IMG/VR virus record: IMGVR_UViG_3300021062_000019
Location: 1-53,828 of that record
DNA: 53,828 bases
Origin: a virus
Lineage: Duplodnaviria > Caudoviricetes
Direction: 5' to 3' (one strand)
This document shows, one piece after another, positions 10,401 through 19,681 of this stretch; within the stretch, counting starts at the first letter, position 1, and the number at the start of each line of letters is the position of its first letter. The translations under genes and the position numbers were made by a program. The notes under the pieces were generated by a model. It made no database searches and was not told where the DNA came from. It was given only the letters and a program-made list of their open reading frames with translations.

Positions 10401-10850
10401 TTAGCTAGTAAGCCTAACTACGCTCGTGCTGATATGGTTTTACATGATTCTGTAATTGGCACTCAAATCCGCAAGGCTGATTTATTTAAGGCTGATAGCC
10501 AATTAGGAGAGCTAGAAATTCTTTCTGAGCAAATGAAAGCAGTTGCTAGATATGATTGGGAAACCCATATTTCTACTAATGCAACAATGCCATTTGGATC
10601 AAGAAGATCTTTATTAATGAAACAAAACTACGGCAAAATGGCTTCTCAGATTGGTCAATTTGGTAATTGGTATCAAGGTCAAACTGTGTCAGGATCAGAC
10701 ATTCTAACCCTTGACGCTATACTTGCCGATATTTATATGCGTGAAGTGTTCGGCATTAGCTTACTTACAGATCCTAACAATCAAAATAAAGCTACTGGAT
10801 TTCCATTTACTCAGATTATTAACTGGGGAATCCTTAAATCTCAACAATAA
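7449..10850 (+). CDS. Prohead protease / scaffold / major capsid protein fusion
   Basis: N-terminal GYLGH, VSMTS and NFDQVAVP resemble the T4 gp21-like protease motifs GELGH, VSSRG and FDxVxxP. A helical charged middle region is followed by a capsid-sized C-terminal part. No other MCP candidate is present. Confidence 0.75.
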   Translation: MYKLKEFEPIFLEYKLRQDDTAKEEDKLVSVLYEVTRADTPMVDGESLTWDSMVEACEACQQDILDGAMFGYLGHQPKVFDQFGNPVGFYPDPEKRLFKASSMWPDYEEKRILSWADYLDNFLGRQESKKIRQQGFRPKVSMTSFVSPSSKGDGVYDVTRIVNFDQVAVPNMRSAVMLRFNSSPEVEAKYRKDLEKYYLEQSNHKAKQDPLNSQQTKLIKPKYFNSLSPDLKNNSRSGKFIFCQNSSRTGDNKMKLNFQSKFMQNKLAQYSAILSLEAVYGMALGGWLTQEGLIALKYWCDTLQELMEGGKAASTSVSTDATDAEISTEATMIATDARELNKAIVELNKTYDQKKKDNAPNFIDMVKQHSTIQATEKENSAITVLANQMSELTKIVGTLVTDGRPKVEEKPKEEKPKDDKPTLVTDSREDIEKYIDSLLANDVIKFGDLNYQRASFAKKDVELIRQNSLLADSKANAEKSLANGFALLSQHNAQNFLNGKGFDINNSDLKPKGSTTTVEANTKSRYDQFQEAYLDNVAKHDYGKAKQIRQNMASAAYQEKVKPIKQMALKNAENELKRIAEYASAKGLRTDGVFDQGGVHGAVDRVLDLLPKGSGNRMMALRTDAAAPAVVDSTVNVMLPILSLVSRLAPVEDLDILLTCYSGLGSDSLDSTPPIGSPAFGRTFAFTQDYPAVATGDNDDPDNLELLVTTQGKNKLQEISSKNKREEFVAHDYGATVRLARQHMVALMEINYDLAANQIRRATEKMTRDQVTRGLRALFRRAGDANAKARTDTVANVAPNGSQAAGSLTYIGEYKQRSGANVAINLAGKTFGGTASNIDAVVRVIGGQTSNTAIKNVPLASFRTEYSALKNGDLDTVKYNEITVVINSVDISEHRGRIATDSNGVTYIAQRLGGSATPKWAEDEDGFICLAAGAGQGSNPTSPQIVVTYYELTNCIWQKIDSGTDDQQKFWREYIYNIADQNSILASKPNYARADMVLHDSVIGTQIRKADLFKADSQLGELEILSEQMKAVARYDWETHISTNATMPFGSRRSLLMKQNYGKMASQIGQFGNWYQGQTVSGSDILTLDAILADIYMREVFGISLLTDPNNQNKATGFPFTQIINWGILKSQQ

Positions 10851-10865
10851 TACTGCTTAGCTAAA

Positions 10866-10892
10866 AGGGTAAGAAGTAAATCTTCTTACCCT
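10866..10892 (+). terminator. Stem-loop after the capsid gene
   Basis: AGGGTAAGAAG-TAAAT-CTTCTTACCCT, a perfect 11-bp stem. Confidence 0.6.
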
Positions 10893-10922
10893 AAAACCCT
10901 TTCTTTCTTAATACTAATCACA

Positions 10923-11693
10923 ATGCCTAATTATTTAGAAGATTTTTATCTAGAATTACGTAGTTATATTAGTAATAACAAGTATTCTACAGAAGTTCAA
11001 GATAGCCATATCAATGCTGGTCAGAAACAAACTTGTTTGTTTATTTCTAGGTATAAGCCGAGAGTAAACCAAAAGAAGGATGTTGTTATTACAGATAATG
11101 CAACCAGTGTAGAATTGCCTTCCAACTTTAGATCCGCAACTTTAGGTGCTTTGCACAAACTTAAATATAACAGTAACTTACTAGACACTAATCTTGCTAA
11201 AGAGCAGATTGATATCTATAAAAGTAATTCTTATGGTAGCCAGCTAAAAAGTCGGTTTGATTCTGATGGTAGGGTTTTTGCCCAAATGCCTAATTTTGGT
11301 AATGCTGTAGGTGGTTGGCCGGGTTTAGGTAACTACGAGAATTATAATACTCGTGGTAATAACATTGATACTTTTACTATAGAGATTTTCTCCAACGGGA
11401 AAAAAGGTTGGTCGCTGTGGTTCGATGATGGGCAAGAGGTAGTTGCACGGACAGAAAAGCTTTTTCCTTATATAGCAATCCACGAAATTACTAGCACGGA
11501 AGATACTATTACTAATGATATTAGGGATGTTTTTATTGATTGGTGTGCAAGGCATACTTTTCTAGAAGCCTCTAGGCAATTCGCCAAAGAAGGCAAAACC
11601 AGTGAGGCAAAAATCATGGCTGAGCAAGCAGAACTCTACGGTCAATCTATTTGGGATTTAGGTGCTACTGTAGCAGTAAGTGATTTTTATTAA
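10923..11693 (+). CDS. Putative head-tail adaptor
   Basis: Position after the capsid gene; helical termini with a beta-rich middle. Confidence 0.5.
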   Translation: MPNYLEDFYLELRSYISNNKYSTEVQDSHINAGQKQTCLFISRYKPRVNQKKDVVITDNATSVELPSNFRSATLGALHKLKYNSNLLDTNLAKEQIDIYKSNSYGSQLKSRFDSDGRVFAQMPNFGNAVGGWPGLGNYENYNTRGNNIDTFTIEIFSNGKKGWSLWFDDGQEVVARTEKLFPYIAIHEITSTEDTITNDIRDVFIDWCARHTFLEASRQFAKEGKTSEAKIMAEQAELYGQSIWDLGATVAVSDFY

Positions 11694-11726
11694 TATTTAT
11701 AATTGTTTGGTTTATAAAGGTTTATT

Positions 11727-12095
11727 ATGAGTAATTTATGGAAAGATCCTTATACTTGGCAAGAAGCATACAGCGACGTTGACGCAGATCCAGCGAGTCC
11801 TTCGCAGTCATCACAGTTCCCAGGTGGTAGAGACAATGCAGCAATACTAATTGATTATCAGTTAACCTTTGATGTTGGTGCAGTAGCTCCAGCAGCAAGC
11901 ATTGTGGTAGAGCTATACAATGGCACCAAAGACACCTATCAAGAGTTTTATACAGAGTCCTTAGAAGAAGGCAATCACAGGCTAAAAATTGATACTCATG
12001 GGAGTCCAGGCCAAATACGGTTAAAGGATATTAGTGAGGTTACTGTTGATTGGTTGCTCTGGACAATGGTTGATCGTGCTACTGGAGGTAATTAA
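11727..12095 (+). CDS. Putative small virion protein
   Basis: Beta-rich 122-aa ORF in the structural operon. Confidence 0.5.
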   Translation: MSNLWKDPYTWQEAYSDVDADPASPSQSSQFPGGRDNAAILIDYQLTFDVGAVAPAASIVVELYNGTKDTYQEFYTESLEEGNHRLKIDTHGSPGQIRLKDISEVTVDWLLWTMVDRATGGN

Positions 12096-12098
12096 TCA

Positions 12099-14732
12099 AT
12101 GAGAATATATAAGTTTTTATTGCTCTTAATCTTGATTAATTGCTTTTCTGCTGTTACTTACGCTCAGTTTCCTGTTGATACCAATGAGGTCAAAACCAAT
12201 CGGCTAGACTTTCGTAAAGGTGTAGCCTCTCCTACTCCTCCAGCAGGGATTACTAGAATCATTGTTGATGCCAATGGAGTAATAACAGTCAAACAATCAG
12301 ATGGCAGCACTACTTCGTTGCTTACTGGCTCTAGCGTTGTTACCTCTGTCTTTGGCCGTACTGGTGCAGTAACAGCACAATCAGGGGATTACAACACAAG
12401 TCAGGTAACAGAGAATACTAATTTATACTTCACAGATGCACGAGCTAGAACAGCCATCGATGGTACAAGCAGAACTTTATCAGGGTTGACCGTAACTGGT
12501 TTAAGTGGAGTAGGCAAGTTTTCAGGCGGTGTGTTAAGCGCTAGTGCTATAACCAATAGCGATGTTGATTCAGCAGCAGCCATAGCCTATTCCAAGCTCA
12601 ATTTAGCTTCTTCCATCGTCAATGCTGATATTTCAAACTCAGCCGCTATTGCTTACTCGAAATTAAATCTAACAGGCGCAATACTGAACGCAGACCTAGC
12701 AGGTAGTATCGCTAATAATAAGCTACTAAACTCGACTATAAGTGGAGTCAGTTTGGGCAGTAACTTAAATAACTTAAACATAGCAGCTAGGTTATTGGGC
12801 ACTTCTTACAATGGTTCTTCAGCAGTAACAATAGATTTAGCTGATAGTGGAGTTACAGCAGGTAGTTGCACAAATTGTGATCTAACAATCGACCAGTATG
12901 GACGTGTTACAGCCAAAGCAAATGGTTCAGGTGGATCAAGTGGGTATACAACAATAGCTGAAGAAGGCAGCAACCTAACCCAAAGAAGTGTACTCAATTT
13001 CATAGGGAGTGGTATTACTGCTACGGATAATTCAGGATCTTCTAGAACTGACATTACCCTAAATGAGGCAGGGGCTTCTACACCCGGAATCCTAACCTCT
13101 AGTGGTACACAAACCATAGGCGGCGATAAGATTTTTAACGGTTCATTAGGTATTGGTGGCGCAAGTATTACTTCTAATCCTATTGAAGTGGCCTTATCTG
13201 GCGCAAAGGGAATGAGGTTTAGGAATAGTAGCAGTAGTGGTGGCAGTGGTTTTCAAGTTTTTAATGATTTAGGGTTTAATGATAGCTACAGATTAAGCAA
13301 TGGCATTACTAGCACAACCGGACAGGTTAGCGCGGCCTTTGATGGAACGGCCTACACGTTTTATACAGGGATACCGTATAAAATCATTAGCGGTGGGAGT
13401 CATGTAATAACCCAAGTTTACACCACTAATGCAGAAACTTACTTTCCAGTAAATGTTGGCTTTGGGTCAACTACTGACCCTGAGGTTCAAATTGACGCAC
13501 GGGGGGCTTATGGTTTTGCGGTAGGCGCTAGAGTAAGAAACACTAGTGCTAGTTCAGCTGAAAATCAGCAAGCTGTTGTAGAAGTTGGCTTTACAGATTC
13601 GTATAGATTGTTAATGGTTAGTGGTAGTACTAATGTGCTAGGTGATGCTAAATTTAGTGCCAACTATTTTAATAGTATTGGTACTGCAATGAATTTTGTT
13701 GTCGATTCTACCTACCTAACTTTAGCTTTAGATACAAGTGGACACGCTACTTTTCGAGATACAGCTAGATTTAGATTTGGTGGAACGGGTACAAGTAATC
13801 CTGCACTAATCAATTCTGGTTCAACTTTGAAGGTTCGTTTGGCTAATGATTCAGGGGATGCACCCTTAACCGCTTTAAGTTTTAACGGGTTAAGTATTAC
13901 CACTACTACAGGTACACTTACAGTTACAAATGGAAAAACAATATCTTTTAGCAATACTCTTACCTTCACAGGAACTGATAGTTCATCTGTAGCTTTTGGC
14001 GGGGGTGGCACTGTAGCGTACACAGCAAACAATTTATCTGTATTTGCTAGTACAACTTCTGCTCAATTAGCAGGAGTTCTTTCTGATGAAACAGGTACTA
14101 ACAAGGTCGTATTTTCTGATAGTCCTACTTTAGTAACTCCCACTTTAGGAGTAGCAACAGCAACTAGCGTAACTGTAGCAAATACAGGTTATTATAATTT
14201 TACAGGTAGAGCAAAAATTACATCAGAAGCAGATGGAATAATTACTCTAGCAAATAATGCAGGGAACGGATTTACAGGTTTAGCATTTGGTCTGTACAAC
14301 GATGATGGCTTCCCATTCTTAAAAATCAATGGCACAGGACTTGAGCTCAAGGATGCTGCCGATGGGAATTATACTAATTTTAGGGCAGCAACTATTACTG
14401 CTAGTCAATTTGCAAATATAGTTACAACTAATACTGACAATGGTTCTGTTGCTGTTAGTCTACAAACCGGAATCATTCATTTTGCCCTGACAGGTAATTT
14501 AACTATTACGGCTCTAAATAGTGCTGTTACAGGTACTGAATACACTTTGGTTTTCACCCAAGATTCCAATGGGACTAGAACAGTAACATTTCCTAGCTCG
14601 GTCAAGTGGGCTGGTGGTTCTGCTCCTACAATCGCTACTGGTAATGGTGCTAAGAGTGTCATAAAAGTAATCTATGCACCAGATGGAACGACTAACTTTT
14701 ATGGCTCAACTCATTGTTTAGGATGTAGTTAA
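12099..14732 (+). CDS. Fibre-like protein with an N-terminal Sec signal peptide
   Basis: G/S/T/A-rich. VTSVFGRTGAV motif, repeated NxD(I/V)xxxAAIAYSKLNL, TIDQYGRVT and C-terminal TLVFTQDSNGTRTVTFPSSVKWAGG are common in phage fibres. N-terminus MRIYKFLLLLILINCFSAVTYA/Q. Confidence 0.8.
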   Translation: MRIYKFLLLLILINCFSAVTYAQFPVDTNEVKTNRLDFRKGVASPTPPAGITRIIVDANGVITVKQSDGSTTSLLTGSSVVTSVFGRTGAVTAQSGDYNTSQVTENTNLYFTDARARTAIDGTSRTLSGLTVTGLSGVGKFSGGVLSASAITNSDVDSAAAIAYSKLNLASSIVNADISNSAAIAYSKLNLTGAILNADLAGSIANNKLLNSTISGVSLGSNLNNLNIAARLLGTSYNGSSAVTIDLADSGVTAGSCTNCDLTIDQYGRVTAKANGSGGSSGYTTIAEEGSNLTQRSVLNFIGSGITATDNSGSSRTDITLNEAGASTPGILTSSGTQTIGGDKIFNGSLGIGGASITSNPIEVALSGAKGMRFRNSSSSGGSGFQVFNDLGFNDSYRLSNGITSTTGQVSAAFDGTAYTFYTGIPYKIISGGSHVITQVYTTNAETYFPVNVGFGSTTDPEVQIDARGAYGFAVGARVRNTSASSAENQQAVVEVGFTDSYRLLMVSGSTNVLGDAKFSANYFNSIGTAMNFVVDSTYLTLALDTSGHATFRDTARFRFGGTGTSNPALINSGSTLKVRLANDSGDAPLTALSFNGLSITTTTGTLTVTNGKTISFSNTLTFTGTDSSSVAFGGGGTVAYTANNLSVFASTTSAQLAGVLSDETGTNKVVFSDSPTLVTPTLGVATATSVTVANTGYYNFTGRAKITSEADGIITLANNAGNGFTGLAFGLYNDDGFPFLKINGTGLELKDAADGNYTNFRAATITASQFANIVTTNTDNGSVAVSLQTGIIHFALTGNLTITALNSAVTGTEYTLVFTQDSNGTRTVTFPSSVKWAGGSAPTIATGNGAKSVIKVIYAPDGTTNFYGSTHCLGCS

Positions 14733-14752
14733 GAGGAGAAATAAGAATTTTA

Positions 14753-15205
14753 ATGCGTAAATTTATTATTTTATCCATCATAGCCTGTTTTCTAGGTTTT
14801 ATCTCTGCTCATTGCTCAGTGCCAATAAACTCTGTTCAAGCTCAGCAACAAGAGGCTAAAGTTTTATCCGTCAAGGATGAGCCAGCACCAGCTAAAGCCA
14901 ATGATCCAACTGTTCGCTTATCACAAGAAGAGATCGACCTACTCCAATCAGCTATTGATAAAGGGAATGCCGATACTGAGCAAGCTCAAAAGAATGCCCA
15001 GCAAGCTATTAAATTAGCCGAGGAAACAGCTAGGTCAAGATCTGCTGAAGTAAGAGCGTTATATCTAGAAATCAAAGAAAAGTACAAAGATAAGCTTCCT
15101 GGCAATGATTGGGAAGTAGTTTTTGATAAACAAAAAAGGATCATTGGTTGGGCACCTAAAGCTCAAACAAAACCAGCAGCAGCTCCAGCAACACAGCCTA
15201 AATAG
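14753..15205 (+). CDS. Exported coiled-coil protein, possible fibre partner or chaperone
   Basis: N-terminus MRKFIILSIIACFLGFISA...VQA/Q is a signal peptide; central coiled coil; strong SD GAGGAG. Confidence 0.7.
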   Translation: MRKFIILSIIACFLGFISAHCSVPINSVQAQQQEAKVLSVKDEPAPAKANDPTVRLSQEEIDLLQSAIDKGNADTEQAQKNAQQAIKLAEETARSRSAEVRALYLEIKEKYKDKLPGNDWEVVFDKQKRIIGWAPKAQTKPAAAPATQPK

Positions 15206-15220
15206 CCAGCCTAAATTAAT

Positions 15221-16003
15221 ATGAGTGGACTACGTTTCTGTACACCAGCACAGGTATTTCAATTTATACCAACTAGAACTATTGATGATCCTATCTCTCC
15301 TGAAAGTGCAACCACTGCTATTGATAAAGATATAAGCAAAACAGCTAAAAGAATCTTGCAGGCTAGAACAGGTATAACTTTTCCAACAGAAGAACCAGAT
15401 CCTTTAACAAATACTTGGTTGCTACTGAAAAACCTTAACTTATTGCCTGCAGTACCTCCACAGCTTTCAATAGTAGGGTTAAGTTGTAATCCTCAAGTTT
15501 TCAAGTTCGCCAGTGCTTTTAAGAAATTAGGGGAAGACAGAATCAAAGAATGGGAAACACACAGATTACTTAATGGTTATTTTAAGGAATTAGAAGGTAA
15601 TCCTTTACCTATAACTGCTCTAACTACAGTAACAGAATGTTGCAGATTAACACCTGGTTTTACTCCTATAAATGCTGATGATGACGATTCAGATAATAAG
15701 CTTAATCAACCTTACATAGAGACTATAGAAGAATGGATTCTCATGGAGACTGCTATAGTTCGTGTGAAGGCTGCTAGGCGTGGAGGCAAACAAGTAAATG
15801 CTGACTTTACTGATGATCAAGAAGAGCTTTATTCAGAGTTAGTTGCTGGAGTAGTGCAGTGCTTTGTTTTGGGTGTTAGGGCAATTGTAGAAGGGAAATA
15901 CGATCAGGTTGATTCATATCTAGCTAGTTTGTTAGCTGAAGCTAGAGAAAACCAAGAGCTTATTACCGTAGGCCGTCATGATGACATATTAGTATTTCAA
16001 TAG
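15221..16003 (+). CDS. Putative head-tail connector with an apparent internal domain duplication
   Basis: Position; FCTPAQVFQFIP and LTTVTECCRLTP start two similar halves. Confidence 0.45.
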   Translation: MSGLRFCTPAQVFQFIPTRTIDDPISPESATTAIDKDISKTAKRILQARTGITFPTEEPDPLTNTWLLLKNLNLLPAVPPQLSIVGLSCNPQVFKFASAFKKLGEDRIKEWETHRLLNGYFKELEGNPLPITALTTVTECCRLTPGFTPINADDDDSDNKLNQPYIETIEEWILMETAIVRVKAARRGGKQVNADFTDDQEELYSELVAGVVQCFVLGVRAIVEGKYDQVDSYLASLLAEARENQELITVGRHDDILVFQ

Positions 16004-16016
16004 GACAAACTAAATT

Positions 16017-16730
16017 ATGCCAAAATTTGAAGTAGGAAGTAGACAAGGTAATGGTCGAGGTGGGCCAATAGGAACCATAGAGGCTGATGATTACGAAGAT
16101 GCCATTGACGACTTTCTTGCACTGTCAGAGGTTCAAGCAGCAGGCGGTGCAGAGAGTGATTATGTTAGACAGATAAACCCAACTGCTGCTGCCGATGGGG
16201 GATTTTTCACTCAAACAACAGGAGCGGCATTAGCAACAAGTGCTGATAATATTGATGATAAGTTACCAGATGAAATCGCTTTAGCAGATAACCTAAGTGA
16301 AGTCACAGCAACAATAATAGGTGCAGCTTTGCTTCACTGGAATGGCTCTAATCGTGAGAGGCAAACAGGCAACCAGGATTTAACAATTTATTCATCAGCA
16401 GCTAGAACCGCTAATCCTACTTATGTAGATCAAGTTAACAGGAATGCAAAGGGTTTACATTGCTATATTAAGTGTACTGCTAAAATTAGTAGCCCTTCAG
16501 TAGTTTTTACAATTGAAGCTAAAGACGTTTTAACTGGTGATTATTACACCATTCTAGCAAGTGCAGCTATTACTGACGTAGGAGTAACTGTATTAAAAGT
16601 TTATCCAGGTTTAACACCAAGTGCTAACCTAATTGCCAATGATGTTTTACCTAGAACTTGGCGTATCAAGGCAGTGCATGCCAACTCAGATTCTATAACT
16701 TACTCAGTTGGTGTTTCTCTTATCCTCTAA
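16017..16730 (+). CDS. Putative virion structural/decoration protein
   Basis: Beta-rich C-terminal domain; located in the structural operon. Confidence 0.5.
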   Translation: MPKFEVGSRQGNGRGGPIGTIEADDYEDAIDDFLALSEVQAAGGAESDYVRQINPTAAADGGFFTQTTGAALATSADNIDDKLPDEIALADNLSEVTATIIGAALLHWNGSNRERQTGNQDLTIYSSAARTANPTYVDQVNRNAKGLHCYIKCTAKISSPSVVFTIEAKDVLTGDYYTILASAAITDVGVTVLKVYPGLTPSANLIANDVLPRTWRIKAVHANSDSITYSVGVSLIL

Positions 16731-16733
16731 TCT

Positions 16734-17294
16734 ATGACTAACCTCTACACTACATATGATGGTTCTGATTATGCAGAACCTCCACTAGATGTTTATGAAG
16801 AAAACCTTAAAAGACTTATCCTTTTAAGTAATGCTGCCTATACAGAAGTAGGAGTAGAAAGGGGTATTACTCTTAATCCTATTCCAGCCAAAGACATAAC
16901 AACAGGGACAGTACAAACTAATAATGCTAGAGGTATCAGTATAGAAGCAGTTTCAGGACAGGAAGAAAATACGCCGATCCCAGTAAACATTGAGATCATT
17001 CAAATTAATATCATTATTCGTTCTGGTACTAATGGCACCATAGAGGAGCAAATCAAAAGAGCCAAGGCTGATTTAGCCGTCATAAAACGTATCACTAGAA
17101 AAATCTTTGCTGATAATTATATTAATGATTTAACCTTAGGTTGGCCTGCAAATGGGGATGAACGTTATACGCCTCCATTTATACCTGTTTGTAGCTTAGA
17201 GCAATTTCCCGTGGCTCAATCAAAAGAAAAAGAGTATGGCTACAGTGGCGGTATTCGAATCACTATGAAAGCTCAGTACTTCCCGATCCTTTAA
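16734..17294 (+). CDS. Putative tail terminator/completion protein
   Basis: Size and position immediately before the major tail protein. Confidence 0.45.
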   Translation: MTNLYTTYDGSDYAEPPLDVYEENLKRLILLSNAAYTEVGVERGITLNPIPAKDITTGTVQTNNARGISIEAVSGQEENTPIPVNIEIIQINIIIRSGTNGTIEEQIKRAKADLAVIKRITRKIFADNYINDLTLGWPANGDERYTPPFIPVCSLEQFPVAQSKEKEYGYSGGIRITMKAQYFPIL

Positions 17295-17358
17295 GAAAAG
17301 CTCATTAAATCAATTACTTATAACTCAACTTATAACCTTTCCTATAGGAGAATAATTT

Positions 17359-18822
17359 ATGGTTAGTTTACCTACTAATTATAGTGTGCCTTTTAATCAA
17401 GGAGCAGACAAAATAGCAGCAGGTGCCCCTAGTATTGCCTTTTTGCTTATTAATGTTCCTAAGCCTAGTACGGCTTCTATTACTCCTGGTCACGGACTAG
17501 GATTAAAAAATGCTAGTAAGACTTTGCCTATTCGTGTAGATGAAAATGGATTGAATTTAGCAGGCGGTGTTACTGCTGTTAAAAAAGTTTATGTACTTAC
17601 TTATACAGGTCAACCTACAGCAGGCCAGACCATAACCCTAGGAGGAAAAACCTATGAAGCTGTTGCTTCTGGGCCTACTGGGGATCAGTTCCTAATAGAT
17701 ACAGATGCAAAAACAACATATGATAATTTGGTTGCGAAGGTTTTAGCTGATACTGCGACAACTTTATGCACTGGGGTTAATTCTGGATCTGGTGCAAATG
17801 GTACAGTTACATTTACAGCTAATACAGCAGGCACAACCTTTGCAGCTTCAGAAACACTAGGTAACGCCACTGGGGCAGAAACAGTTGCTAACGTTGCTGG
17901 TGTTAAAGCTTCAATTTTAATAGATATTCAGGGTTCGGTTTATACTGGCATTCCTGACGAAATAGAGATTCCAATAACTAAAAACTCTGTAACTCGCTTA
18001 ATTCGTGTTCAAGCAAAAGCATTAGCAGATAGCAGTATCACAAAACAAACAGCCGCTGCAGGAACCCACTTTACCAATGGCTTATTAGCAACTTTAACAG
18101 CCGCTATTAATGGAAGTGCTGCAACTGACAATAACCGCTATTTCAGTAGTATTAACACAGACACTGAAACTGATATAGCTGATATGATGGAAGATTTGTT
18201 CGGCACAGCCTCTAGTTTTACTGTTACTGGCAATCAGTTAAAAATTGAGGCAGGAGCAACAGGAGCAAACGGCAATAATATCAAGATTATTACCAGAGTG
18301 CTTCCTAGTGTGCCTTCACCCTTACCAAGCGTTATTTCTAATGGAACTCCTCAATTTGCCGAAGGTGTGGTTATTCATTGTGGTATCCAAGACGAAAGTA
18401 AGGATTCCGCAGCAATTTCTAACTTAGTTATAAAAGGTTCAAATGGCTTTGGCGATCTCTTAAATCTTACTGGTGATATAACTGATGTTACCTCACTCAA
18501 ATTATTTATAAACAATAACCCTGAGTTTTTGAGGGCTTTAGTTATAAATGGTGCAGTAACCTATGATGCTACTAGAGATATATATATGTCTACTAATGAT
18601 ATTTCTGCTAGAACCCTAGGTTTATTTATTTCTAGTAAGGCAAAACGTGTTAAAGGCGGATGGAAAGCTAGATGGTTTTATGATGTAACTATTGAGGGCA
18701 ACGTAGAGCAAGACAACTCTTTGCGCGGTGTTGCAGGTTATACGATTAGCCTCAAGATTAACAAAGATCAAGAAAGATCTGGCGATCCTAGTTTCGTAGC
18801 CTTTGATCCTAGAACTCTATAA
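17359..18822 (+). CDS. Major tail protein (putative, with inserted beta domains)
   Basis: Strong SD AGGAG; followed by a terminator; T/A/G-rich central insertions. Confidence 0.6.
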   Translation: MVSLPTNYSVPFNQGADKIAAGAPSIAFLLINVPKPSTASITPGHGLGLKNASKTLPIRVDENGLNLAGGVTAVKKVYVLTYTGQPTAGQTITLGGKTYEAVASGPTGDQFLIDTDAKTTYDNLVAKVLADTATTLCTGVNSGSGANGTVTFTANTAGTTFAASETLGNATGAETVANVAGVKASILIDIQGSVYTGIPDEIEIPITKNSVTRLIRVQAKALADSSITKQTAAAGTHFTNGLLATLTAAINGSAATDNNRYFSSINTDTETDIADMMEDLFGTASSFTVTGNQLKIEAGATGANGNNIKIITRVLPSVPSPLPSVISNGTPQFAEGVVIHCGIQDESKDSAAISNLVIKGSNGFGDLLNLTGDITDVTSLKLFINNNPEFLRALVINGAVTYDATRDIYMSTNDISARTLGLFISSKAKRVKGGWKARWFYDVTIEGNVEQDNSLRGVAGYTISLKINKDQERSGDPSFVAFDPRTL

Positions 18823-18844
18823 TCTAAATTTTCAGGATGATAGG

Positions 18845-18878
18845 AAGGCAGAGAATATCTTTCTCTGCCTTTTCTTTT
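18845..18878 (+). terminator. Intrinsic terminator after the major tail gene
   Basis: AAGGCAGAGAA-TATCT-TTCTCTGCCTT followed by TTCTTTT. Confidence 0.75.
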
Positions 18879-18880
18879 AT

Positions 18881-19642
18881 ATGGCAAGTAGCAGAGAAGA
18901 ATTTATTAAAAAACGTGGTGCCTCAAGGAAATGTTTTCCTTGGGCTAATGTTCTTATTGATTGGGATACGTTAAGAGTTGAAACAGCACTTTGGCCTAAT
19001 AATGGTGTTCGTCCCTATGACATCTATTATCCTGCTCGTGTTCCTTATCCTAGTAAGGGTTTCCCTACTTATTTAGGCCAGTTAGAAGGAAAAACAAAAA
19101 CTAATCCTGGTTATAACACAGAAGAAAACCGCTATGACTTATCTCTAAATCCTGAAGAAATGTTTTTTTCTAGCCAAAAAGAAACTATTGACATGACTTT
19201 GCTTTGGTGTGGAGATACAAATATTGAAAAGCTAATTGAGGAACGTGGGCCAGGAGACGAAACTAGCAAAGGCGGAGGTGGTTCACCTAACCCAATTACC
19301 ACTAACTTATTATTAATTTATGTTGATGGATTTGATCCTCTTTATGGCTATGATGAAGAAAGGCCAGTTGTTATAACTTACAAGCTGTTCTGGAAAATTG
19401 CTATGATTCCACCTCCTCTTGAAAATGATGGTTTACCTGAGAGATGGCAATTTCAAGGAGTTGCTCTTGCAGGGAAGAACCAAGCTACAGGACAATGTTT
19501 TCCCCCTGGTATGCAGTTATTTAATAGGTACAGAATGAATTTGCAAGGTCAGTTAGTTAAGAAAAATGGCACTGTAATTAATCCAAATGTTCCTAGTCCT
19601 TATATCCCAATTATTTATCCAAGTTTGCCTGGAACAATCTAA
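18881..19642 (+). CDS. Putative tail-tube-like structural protein
   Basis: Probable ATG at 18881 (the ORF track extends to a TTG at 18803). YLGQLEG segment is reminiscent of tube proteins. Confidence 0.45.
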   Translation: MASSREEFIKKRGASRKCFPWANVLIDWDTLRVETALWPNNGVRPYDIYYPARVPYPSKGFPTYLGQLEGKTKTNPGYNTEENRYDLSLNPEEMFFSSQKETIDMTLLWCGDTNIEKLIEERGPGDETSKGGGGSPNPITTNLLLIYVDGFDPLYGYDEERPVVITYKLFWKIAMIPPPLENDGLPERWQFQGVALAGKNQATGQCFPPGMQLFNRYRMNLQGQLVKKNGTVINPNVPSPYIPIIYPSLPGTI

Positions 19643-19681
19643 GTTATGGCTTGTTTGGCCTAACAACTACTATTATCAATA

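Noticed and set aside
18803-18880. +1 frameshift fusing the major tail protein to the next ORF
   Set aside because: The frame is open, but there is no recognisable shift site such as CCC-TAA, and a terminator hairpin occupies the interval. ATG 18881 is the simpler explanation.
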